From the sequence record SRR22947725_3573: 34,391 nucleotides of DNA. One strand, written 5' to 3'. The translations under genes were made by a program, and so were the position numbers. The number at the start of each line of letters is the position of its first letter. Positions within the stretch are counted from its first letter, which is position 1. Below are positions 26,363 through 34,391 of this stretch, one piece after another. The notes beneath the pieces were generated by a model, which was given only the letters and a program-made list of their open reading frames with translations, had not been told where the DNA came from and searched no databases.

Positions 26363-28455
26363 CAGTAATCCTTCTCCACTGAGGGACGTTTTTTGCCGGA
26401 CTTATTTTTCTGCCGTATATCTTGAATCTTTTGTTCTCTTTTTAAAATGTCTTCAGGCGTATCTGTTGGTGGGGGTATATCCTGATTCTCCAAGTCAACC
26501 TTCTCTGTATCTGAAGGCTCGCCATATTCTTCATCGCCTTCCTGATCTGACTCTTCGTCGTATTCTTCATCGCCTTCTTCGGAATCAGAGTCTTCTTCGG
26601 AATCACCCTCATTTTGCTGTTGAGATGGATCCTGAGGGAATTGTTCTAAAGCCTGAATTAAATACTTAAGAGCATCCTGCTGGAAAGGGATGGAATCTTT
26701 GACTACAGTTTTTAAGGCCTCCAAAGCCTGCGTTTCTGAATACTGCGCTTTAGCAAGAGACTCAACCGGTTCCGTAAATGGTGAATGCTCTTTTTCTAAG
26801 CCGGGAAAGTATTTCTTTTCAAACTGGCCAATATCCGCCACTAAGCTCTCTGTTTTCTTGAAGATGTCGGACTCCATCTGTTCAATCGAAACTCTATTGG
26901 CCTCTGCTTTAGCAGCAGCTTCTAAATTCTTTTTTTGCAGTTCGACTAATTCTTCTAAAGCCTTCCTTAAAGCCGCTAACGCCTCTTGCATTTCTTCCTG
27001 CTGACGACGCTCCTCCTCCATCTTTTCCTGAATCTGACGACGAGTTTTCTTCGCAATTTCAAAATTGATCGCAGCGTCCTTAAAAGAAGGCTTCTGTAAT
27101 ATCACTCTACGGTAATTAACCAAGCTGCTATTCACCGCATGAAGTCCTAGGGCCAGCTCTTCGCTTTCTTGGCCTAACTTGACCTGAGCATTGGCCATAT
27201 TATAGATCACCTTTAAACGTAGGCTGCCTGAAATATCATTTCTCAAAAGAGCTTCATTAATCGCAATGGACTCTTCATAAAGACCAATCTTAAACTGTAT
27301 GCCGGATAACTCAAATAATGTAGCTGGAGACTCTCCTTCATTGAGTAAGTCTTGTAAACGCTTAGTCAGACTCTTTAATTCTTCGGCGGATAACTGGATA
27401 GCTTGCTTCCGCACGGGCTCTTGAGCACGAATGGTCGGTAAAGCTGCTAACATGACCATGGCGACAAGCGCATTTTTAGCTTTGAATTTAAATTCCGGCA
27501 AAATGGATAAAGCTAATAATATGAAAGCAACCAACAAAAAGAGATGATACTTTTCTTCATAGACCATGACACTTTGCTCCCCCATCTCGACAACGGCATC
27601 ATTGCGCGTCAGTTGATCATAAATACGACCGAGATCGAGCTGAGCTGTACCGGCAGGTAAGTAAGCCCCTTTATTGCACTGTCGAACAAAATCCTGCATC
27701 GTTTTACTTTCAAGCTTTGTCCAGACTTCCTTTCCTTTGACTTGCATAAAACCCTTTTCTGTAGGAATACGAGCACCATCTTTTTCATCGCCGATACCAA
27801 TGGCAATCAACTTAATATTCTGCTCATTGACGACCTTGATCGCCCTATCAATATTTTTGCCCTGGTCGCCACCATCGGAAATTAAAATGATGTCTTTATA
27901 ACCTTTACGGCTATCGGAAAAAAGCTTATCACAAGTTTTTAACAGCGCATCCTCAATACGAGTTCCTCCTTGGGCGGCGCTTTCCGGGCCAACCTGTGTC
28001 AGCATACTAGTAAAAAAGTCATAATCTAAAGTTAAAGGACACTTAATCGTTGCTGAGCCGGCAAACACGACTAAGCCAACTCGATGGTCCTCTAAGCTAT
28101 CAACAGCTTCTGAGATGGCAATTTTTGCTCGCGACAAGCGATTGGGCACGACATCTTCTGCCAACATACTATTGGAGACATCCAAAATAAAAACTAAGTC
28201 ACGTCCCTCTTTCTTAAGAACTTTGGGTACTTTACTCCAAGCTGGTCTCATCAATGCAAAAACCATCATGCAGACACTGAGAGCCACTAAGACTAAACGC
28301 GATACCCTAACTGCTGACAAACTCTTGTGAACTGAGGTAAATTCATTGAGGTCACGCTGCCTATTTTTCTCGCGATAAAAATGTAGAAAAACAAAAAGTA
28401 AAACGAAGGGTAAAAATATCGCCATGGTAGGTTGTTGAAAGACAAATGTACTCAT
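26362..28455 (-). CDS. batB: BatB-like vWA protein fused to TPR/coiled-coil/acidic (BatC-like) tail
   Basis: ALMRPAW, MIDAS DVSNSMLAED..PNRL, CPLTLD, ISDG; TPR (YNMANA); C-terminal VEKDY. ATG 28455 overlaps the upstream TGA. Confidence 0.88.
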   Translation of the reverse strand: MSTFVFQQPTMAIFLPFVLLFVFLHFYREKNRQRDLNEFTSVHKSLSAVRVSRLVLVALSVCMMVFALMRPAWSKVPKVLKKEGRDLVFILDVSNSMLAEDVVPNRLSRAKIAISEAVDSLEDHRVGLVVFAGSATIKCPLTLDYDFFTSMLTQVGPESAAQGGTRIEDALLKTCDKLFSDSRKGYKDIILISDGGDQGKNIDRAIKVVNEQNIKLIAIGIGDEKDGARIPTEKGFMQVKGKEVWTKLESKTMQDFVRQCNKGAYLPAGTAQLDLGRIYDQLTRNDAVVEMGEQSVMVYEEKYHLFLLVAFILLALSILPEFKFKAKNALVAMVMLAALPTIRAQEPVRKQAIQLSAEELKSLTKRLQDLLNEGESPATLFELSGIQFKIGLYEESIAINEALLRNDISGSLRLKVIYNMANAQVKLGQESEELALGLHAVNSSLVNYRRVILQKPSFKDAAINFEIAKKTRRQIQEKMEEERRQQEEMQEALAALRKALEELVELQKKNLEAAAKAEANRVSIEQMESDIFKKTESLVADIGQFEKKYFPGLEKEHSPFTEPVESLAKAQYSETQALEALKTVVKDSIPFQQDALKYLIQALEQFPQDPSQQQNEGDSEEDSDSEEGDEEYDEESDQEGDEEYGEPSDTEKVDLENQDIPPPTDTPEDILKREQKIQDIRQKNKSGKKRPSVEKDY

Positions 28456-29480
28456 GGGGCCACCCGCAAAAATGTCGAATTGCAAAGGTGCTGGAGCAGA
28501 AGAAATATCATCGAAGCAATCACGAAGCCAGCAAAGGCCTCTTGATAATCGGCATAATTAACTGCTTTCATTTTTGTCTTCTCTAAAGTATTAATCTCTT
28601 TGTAAACGGCTTTAAGTGAATCGTAATCATAAGCCTGTCGATAAATGCCACCGGTATCCTCGGCCATCTTAGACAGAATCATATCACTCGCCGTGGGCTC
28701 ATCCGGCACTAAAAACTCACCTTTATCAGTCTTTTTAACCCCCACTCTTTCTCCGGACTTTATACTAATTGTGTAAACCTTTATGCCCCACTCCTTAGCC
28801 ATATTGGCCGCTTGTAAAGGCAGGTACTGTCCACAATTATTTTCACCGTCAGTCAGCAAAACAATCACTTTACTTTTTATATCATCATCTTTATTTTCGA
28901 GAGATTTCAAACGAGCCGCCGCTAGAGCCGTTGCATCTCCATAAGCCGTCCCATCTTCATTGGGTCGTTCATTAATGGTTAATTCGCGCACCATTTGCAC
29001 TAACGCATCGTGACCCAAAGTCATTGGACAAATAGTGTCGGCATAACGAGCAAAAGTAACAATGCCAATCAAATCGTCAGACCTCCCTTTGAGTTCCTCG
29101 CCATCGCCAGCGACAAATTGCTCAACGACCTTCTTGGCGACTTCCATACGCGTAACGTTTTCATCGTTATAACGGATATACATATCCATACTAGTTGAGA
29201 CATCTACCAATATCTGCACGGCAATGCCCTGACGATCCTGACGTTCACTCATAAATTCAACTTGAGGTTTAGCCAAAGCACAAATAAGGCAAATAACGGC
29301 AAGGTTAAACAATAAAGGCGGTAAAAATAATAAGCGTTGTCGCCAAGTAGGCCTCGTTCCTGCCAGTAAGTTCACAGAAGAATAAGAAACGGCTTCACTG
29401 CGCCTTTGCGCCCGTTGCCAAATAATAATGAATGGCACTGCGAACAAAAGGTAAAATGCGAGGGGATTTAAAAAAGTCAT
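28452..29480 (-). CDS. batA: BatA-like vWA membrane protein
   Basis: MTFLNP N-terminus, ALAKPQ, MIDAS DVSTSM, GTAYGDA, LLTDGENN, L..MAEDTGG.Y, INTLEK. Confidence 0.92.
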   Translation of the reverse strand: MTFLNPLAFYLLFAVPFIIIWQRAQRRSEAVSYSSVNLLAGTRPTWRQRLLFLPPLLFNLAVICLICALAKPQVEFMSERQDRQGIAVQILVDVSTSMDMYIRYNDENVTRMEVAKKVVEQFVAGDGEELKGRSDDLIGIVTFARYADTICPMTLGHDALVQMVRELTINERPNEDGTAYGDATALAAARLKSLENKDDDIKSKVIVLLTDGENNCGQYLPLQAANMAKEWGIKVYTISIKSGERVGVKKTDKGEFLVPDEPTASDMILSKMAEDTGGIYRQAYDYDSLKAVYKEINTLEKTKMKAVNYADYQEAFAGFVIASMIFLLLQHLCNSTFLRVAP

Positions 29481-30340
29481 GCTTTACCCTCGAGCTTAGT
29501 CATCAACGAAGAGAATTCTTTTTTAAGGTCTTCGAATTTATCAATACTGCCCTGCGAGAAACGAGTTTTCTCATAGTCCTCCAACAGGTATTTAACCGCA
29601 GAAACGTCATCTCGATGAACGCCTTTTGCTTGGAGAAATTCAACGGCACCATTGCTACCGGTATAAACCACTTTTGAATTGAATAGTCGATTAAAGAACT
29701 CGCATAGAATCTTGGGTAAATCATTCAAATCATTACTTGCCTGCAATTTTTCAGTAAACTCTTGATGCAGGCTTTTTTCTTCGATATCTTCTGTCTGTAG
29801 TAGTTTGATAAAAACGATCAATAAAACAATGACAATAATGATAACGGGCCATAACCAAAATGAGTATTCTGTAGACGAAAAAGTTGCTTGTGGTCTAAGC
29901 TTTTCGTCTCCTTGAGGAATAACCGACTTCACAATGATAGTCATCTCATCTGTTAAAATCTTATCCTCGCCACTTTGAATCTGTAAAGGAGGACATTTAT
30001 AGGTCCCCGGCAAATCGGGCTCTAAGGCTAAGCTCATTGTCTGCGTTACTCTTTCACGGGAATTCAGCTTTAGCTTTGAAGTATGACTTTCAAATAATAA
30101 AAATTGCCCAAAGGAAAAGTCTTCTTCTAAAAAAGAAAAATCGCGACCCTCGGGTGCTTCTGCGGTTAACGTCACATAGAATAATTCAGATGAGTTTAAT
30201 TCTAATGGTGAACTCTTAACGACCAGCTCTAATTCGCCAATCTGATATTTCTTTAAAATCTTTTGTGAGCTATCGCCACTGGGACTACAGCTCGCCAAAA
30301 CAAGAATAATCATGCCTAGAAACAGTCTTTTAAAGGGCAT
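29477..30340 (-). CDS. Bat-operon membrane-anchored (lipo)protein
   Basis: LASC lipobox, Ig-like region, central TM helix and YEKTRFS tail. Usual position between DUF58 and batA. An AGGAG SD supports ATG 30340. Confidence 0.75.
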   Translation of the reverse strand: MPFKRLFLGMIILVLASCSPSGDSSQKILKKYQIGELELVVKSSPLELNSSELFYVTLTAEAPEGRDFSFLEEDFSFGQFLLFESHTSKLKLNSRERVTQTMSLALEPDLPGTYKCPPLQIQSGEDKILTDEMTIIVKSVIPQGDEKLRPQATFSSTEYSFWLWPVIIIVIVLLIVFIKLLQTEDIEEKSLHQEFTEKLQASNDLNDLPKILCEFFNRLFNSKVVYTGSNGAVEFLQAKGVHRDDVSAVKYLLEDYEKTRFSQGSIDKFEDLKKEFSSLMTKLEGKA

Positions 30341-31217
30341 CCGCACTCCTTAAACTGCGCTGTTTAAAGAAACTAATAATGCGGTGCAAATAGTCTTCTT
30401 CCGTACAAATCTGCAAAAGATCTGCATTGATCTCACGACAATGCTCCTGCAAATTCTTTTGACGTTGTCGCGAGAGCTCTTCTACATGAGCCCGAAGCTT
30501 TTTATTAGTACAATCAATAGTGCGAACATCTCCGTTCTCTGCATCCACCAACTCAATGATCCCTTTACGGGGCAAAGACCTTTCGCGCTTATCACTTATA
30601 CAGACACAAACTAAATCGTAGGCTCTGGCAACATGCTGTAAAGAATCCTCATAATCACTATCGAGGAAGTCTGAAAATAAAAAGGCGACACAGCGATTGC
30701 GCCTTACTTTACGCAAGAAATCCAGACAGCAATTGATATCTGTCTTAGTTGATTTGGCTTCATGGCCGAGAATGGTATGAATCATGTAGAGAACGTGATT
30801 CTTCCCTTTACCTGGCTTGATATACGCCTCTATTTCATCCGAAAATAAAATAAGGCCGACATTGTCGTTATTATGTGCCGCTGCAAAGGCCAACAGTGCA
30901 AATATTTGAGCGGCTACTTCAGTCTTTGTCTTAGAGGAACTGCCAAAACTTCCTGATGCGGAAATATCAATCATAAAGAAAAGAGATAGCTCGCGCTCCT
31001 CCATAAATTGCTTTACATGAGGGCTACCTGTACGCGCAGTAACATTCCAATCAATGGTGCGAACATCATCACCATGTTGGTACTGCCGAACGTCTTCAAA
31101 TTCAATTCCCATTCCTTTGAAACTACTGCGGTATTCACCGGCTAAAGTTTCAGTAACGGCTTTACGGCTATGAATCTGAATGTGGCGGACTTTCTTTTCT
31201 AATTCTTCCTGATTCAT
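30330..31217 (-). CDS. DUF58 domain protein
   Basis: GEYRSSFKGMGIEFEDVRQYQHGDDVRTIDWNVTAR, DISASGSFG and SDFL. Confidence 0.95.
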   Translation of the reverse strand: MNQEELEKKVRHIQIHSRKAVTETLAGEYRSSFKGMGIEFEDVRQYQHGDDVRTIDWNVTARTGSPHVKQFMEERELSLFFMIDISASGSFGSSSKTKTEVAAQIFALLAFAAAHNNDNVGLILFSDEIEAYIKPGKGKNHVLYMIHTILGHEAKSTKTDINCCLDFLRKVRRNRCVAFLFSDFLDSDYEDSLQHVARAYDLVCVCISDKRERSLPRKGIIELVDAENGDVRTIDCTNKKLRAHVEELSRQRQKNLQEHCREINADLLQICTEEDYLHRIISFFKQRSLRSADAL

Positions 31218-31224
31218 CTGGCTC

Positions 31225-32211
31225 TTAAGCGCTGACTTCGACGCTATCGAGAACCATTTGAATTAAAGCTTCGTGAGTTAATTCTTCGGCTTCGGCTTTA
31301 TAAGTGATCGAGATTCTATGTCTCAGTACATCCATGGCAATACTCTTGACATCACCAGGAACTACATAATCGCGACCTTTAATCAATGCATGAGCACGGG
31401 CTGCCTTGAGAAGGAAAATACTGGCTCGAGGAGAGACGCCATGACTGATATATTTCGATAGGCGATCTAGCTTGTAATTGCCCGGATTTCGCGTTGCATC
31501 GACTAATCGCAAGATATATTTCTCTATCTCATCAGTCGTATGAACTTGGTCGAGAGTTTTGCGCATCGTCAAAATATCTTCAACGTTTACAACATTGTTC
31601 ACTTCTAATGAAGGACTCGAAACCGACATGCGCTTCATGACTTCATGTTCTTCCTCCATACTTGGATAGGAAACAACAAGCTTAAAAATAAAACGGTCTA
31701 ACTGAGCTTCCGGTAAAGGATAGGTTCCTTCTTGCTCGATGGGATTCTGAGTGGCCATCACTAAAAAAGGCTGATCAAGTTTGTAAGTCTCTTTACCGAT
31801 GGTGACCTGACGTTCTTGCATCGCTTCTAGTAAAGCACTTTGAACTTTCGCTGGAGAACGATTGATTTCATCGGCTAAGACCATATTGGCAAATACCGGT
31901 CCTTTATGAGGGGTAAATTCACCGGTTTTTTGATTGTAAACCAGTGTTCCAATAAGGTCACCAGGGAGTAAGTCCGGCGTGAACTGAATGCGGCTAAAGT
32001 CAACATTCATAGCTTTCGCCAAAGTCGCAATCGTCAATGTTTTAGCCAGACCAGGAATACCCTCAATAAGTACATGTCCGCTACAGAGCATACTTATGAG
32101 CAGGCGCTCTACCAAATAATCCAAGCCAACTACGACCTTTGAAACTTCTTTTCTTATTGCATTTAACTGCTCATTTTCGCGCTCAAACTTAGTCGCCGTT
32201 TCGCTATCCAT
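31225..32211 (-). CDS. moxR: MoxR-family AAA+ ATPase
   Basis: GHVLIEGIPGLAKT, RIQFTPDLLPGD, LADEINR, ATQNPIEQEGTYPLPEAQLDRF, SPRA. Confidence 0.97.
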   Translation of the reverse strand: MDSETATKFERENEQLNAIRKEVSKVVVGLDYLVERLLISMLCSGHVLIEGIPGLAKTLTIATLAKAMNVDFSRIQFTPDLLPGDLIGTLVYNQKTGEFTPHKGPVFANMVLADEINRSPAKVQSALLEAMQERQVTIGKETYKLDQPFLVMATQNPIEQEGTYPLPEAQLDRFIFKLVVSYPSMEEEHEVMKRMSVSSPSLEVNNVVNVEDILTMRKTLDQVHTTDEIEKYILRLVDATRNPGNYKLDRLSKYISHGVSPRASIFLLKAARAHALIKGRDYVVPGDVKSIAMDVLRHRISITYKAEAEELTHEALIQMVLDSVEVSA

Positions 32212-32442
32212 AAAAAAATCCTGATCAATCTAAATTCTAAAAAAGTAATCTGTATGATACACTACAAAATCAATACGCGGAAAATGACTTCTGCTTTCAG
32301 TCATTTGGCAAATTAATTAAACACTTAAGAGATATATCGCAAAAAGTCTTCAACAATAACAGAGTTTTGCAAAAAATCACTATGCCACTGTTGATCTCAA
32401 GGCTATGGAGTGTTGTGAAAAGAAAAATCACTCAAGATGATT

Positions 32443-34290
32443 TTACTGCTTTTGTAAAACCTTTATTTCAGCACTCATCCTCTTGATAACTTCTTTATAT
32501 TCTGGGGAATGAGCCAAATTTTTATACTGATTGGGATCGTCTTGGAGGTTATAAAGCTCTATATCTTTCTTAGAGCCCCATTCAGCATAACGCCACTTGT
32601 CATTTCTTATGGAACGCCCGATTATAGAGCCTCTAGTCACCACTGTATAAGCATTATCCCTAAGCTTAATTTTAGGGTCGGTTAATAAGGGCCCAAGACT
32701 CTTTCCTTGTAATTTATGAGCTGGCTGTGGCAATTTACACAGATCCACTAAGGTAGGATAGACATCGATCAATTCGGCAAAGCTTTTGGAAGTCATACCG
32801 TTTGCTGCTGCACCTGGTAAGCGAATGCTAAAAGGCACTCGGGTGCACTCTTCAAATAAAGTCACTTTACCATACATGAAATGCTCTCCTATTTGAAAGC
32901 CATGGTCACTCATAAAGACAACGACTGTATTGTCGGCTTTACCGCTTTTCTCCAGGGCATCTAGAAGAACTTTAACCTGTGCATCCATAAATGAAATACA
33001 GGCGAGGTAGGCCTGTAAATAAGCACCGCGAATTTGGCGATTATTTACTCCCAACTTAGACTCAAACCTTTTATAACCACCAACAGCCGCTAATTTTGGT
33101 TTATTGGCCCAATCATCCTCTGGAACGTCATCAAATTTAAGCTTAGCCTGATCATAAAGATCAAAATACTTTTTGGGCGCATAAAACGGCACATGAGGTT
33201 TCACCAAGCCACAGGCCATGAAGAAAGGCTTATCTGCAGACTCATTATTGACTAACCACTCAGCAACACGGCGCGCGGAACGGCCATCGCCATGTTCATC
33301 GTCATCAAGTTCAGTTCCATAGCAAAGAACTTTTTCACTCTGATCTTTGACCTTATTTTCCTTTTCATAAGTTTTAAAGTCACCCTGGGCGCCTTGGGCG
33401 ACAAAACGCTTTTTAAGCAATAAAGTCTGTGGATTCGCGGCATTTGAAAACTTTTCATATTCATCAAAACTTACGCCCTTTTCATAAAGGCCAAACTTAC
33501 TATGAAAAATCTTACCAGCACCACCCGTCCAATAGCCTTGTTTTTTAAAATGCTCAAACATATTAATCGCCGATGGATTCTCATCACGCAAATAAGACGT
33601 ATTATCAATGACTCCACTTGATTCCGGATATAGACCCGACAAAAATGATGCTCGCGATGGCCCACATACGGGGTATTGACAATAAGCCCGAGTAAAACGA
33701 ACGCCTTGACTGACGAGTTTATCTATATTCGGCGTCAATGCCTGAGCGTCACCAAAAGAACCTATATAGTCATTCAGATCGTCAACAATAATCATGAGAA
33801 CATTCAAGCGATCTTGAGGAAATGCTTTTTTAGACTTCACCGCTAAAGGCGTAAACTTTAGGTCCGCCAAAAGAATGGGCCCTTTCTTTACACTGATCTT
33901 TACATCACAAGGGCTACCGTTCTGCTCGAAATCAATATCCTTCAACAGAACCTTATAATCAATCCATTTACCTGTATCATTAAAATCAATCGCATCGGCT
34001 GTCTTAAAACGCAGTCCCGATTTGTGATCTTCATTGAAAACATCATTCGTCGAGTGAGAAATAGATAAATCACCATTGCCTTTATCAAAATATGAAAAGC
34101 TTAATTCGACTCCACTTCCCTTCGCATATTTCTTTGCCGCATCAAGCAAGAGAGTCTTTACCGAGATGACCTCCTTCCCCTGAGCTTTAGATTTCTTAAA
34201 ATTACCTCTTAAGAGAACACCATCTGCTTGACTACTCATACACAGCAGTGCTGCCATCAAAAATAAAAATACTTTCATAAATTTTCCCAT
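32443..34290 (-). CDS. Secreted sulfatase (iduronate-2-/choline-sulfatase-like) with an extra N-terminal domain
   Basis: NVLMIIVDDLND, CGPSRASFLSG, GKIFH, KPHVPF, SDHG. Signal peptide follows ATG 34290 or 34278. The track start at 34383 lies inside a terminator. Confidence 0.93.
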   Translation of the reverse strand: MGKFMKVFLFLMAALLCMSSQADGVLLRGNFKKSKAQGKEVISVKTLLLDAAKKYAKGSGVELSFSYFDKGNGDLSISHSTNDVFNEDHKSGLRFKTADAIDFNDTGKWIDYKVLLKDIDFEQNGSPCDVKISVKKGPILLADLKFTPLAVKSKKAFPQDRLNVLMIIVDDLNDYIGSFGDAQALTPNIDKLVSQGVRFTRAYCQYPVCGPSRASFLSGLYPESSGVIDNTSYLRDENPSAINMFEHFKKQGYWTGGAGKIFHSKFGLYEKGVSFDEYEKFSNAANPQTLLLKKRFVAQGAQGDFKTYEKENKVKDQSEKVLCYGTELDDDEHGDGRSARRVAEWLVNNESADKPFFMACGLVKPHVPFYAPKKYFDLYDQAKLKFDDVPEDDWANKPKLAAVGGYKRFESKLGVNNRQIRGAYLQAYLACISFMDAQVKVLLDALEKSGKADNTVVVFMSDHGFQIGEHFMYGKVTLFEECTRVPFSIRLPGAAANGMTSKSFAELIDVYPTLVDLCKLPQPAHKLQGKSLGPLLTDPKIKLRDNAYTVVTRGSIIGRSIRNDKWRYAEWGSKKDIELYNLQDDPNQYKNLAHSPEYKEVIKRMSAEIKVLQKQ

Positions 34291-34361
34291 TTGCTTATCT
34301 CTTACGCACTTCTTACTGATTATAAACTCAATCATACAAGAAATCTTAACAGTGAAATAAT

Positions 34362-34391
34362 AAAAGCCGGTAGTCGAAACCACCGGCTTTT
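34362..34391 (-). terminator. Rho-independent terminator of a gene beyond the window
   Basis: Minus strand reads AAAAGCCGGTGGT-TTCG-ACTACCGGCTTTT followed by ATTATTT, with a UUCG tetraloop. Confidence 0.85.

Noticed and set aside
417..33665. Numerous 60-125 aa ORFs overlapping or antisense to the large genes (e.g. 4396-4731, 7662-8033, 20339-20665, 26690-27004)
   Set aside because: Shadow ORFs inside well-supported genes, with no recognisable motifs.
34291..34383. N-terminal extension of the last sulfatase given by the ORF track
   Set aside because: The GTG start lies within a terminator hairpin, and the signal peptide begins at 34290 or 34278.

Overview
AT-rich bacterial chromosomal window. 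Multiple secreted sulfatases, an ECF sigma/Ser-Thr kinase pair and a Bat operon suggest a marine PVC-superphylum organism such as Lentisphaera (inference). From left to right it contains: (1) a COG0523 zinc-metallochaperone GTPase with two upstream Fur/Zur-like palindromes and an unexplained GC-rich intergenic segment; (2) small housekeeping genes (RRM protein, YgjP-like, S4 protein, zinc-ribbon membrane protein) and half of a receiver domain; (3) a divergently arranged glycan/EPS-type cluster (NPP-family phosphodiesterase, two GT4s, a Pol-beta-fold nucleotidyltransferase-like protein, CE4 deacetylase, GT2, atypical GH9, GT26); (4) an intact sulfatase followed by a decaying patch (a sulfatase whose catalytic motif is deleted, an esterase remnant, a membrane gene lacking a canonical start); (5) a Tat-exported TIM-barrel isomerase, and an ECF sigma-kinase-sulfatase module; (6) a seven-gene MoxR/DUF58/vWA Bat operon; (7) a multidomain sulfatase. 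No rRNA, tRNA, CRISPR array or intact mobile element was seen. The best candidate for an uncharacterised system is the nucleotidyltransferase/phosphodiesterase pair embedded in the glycan cluster.
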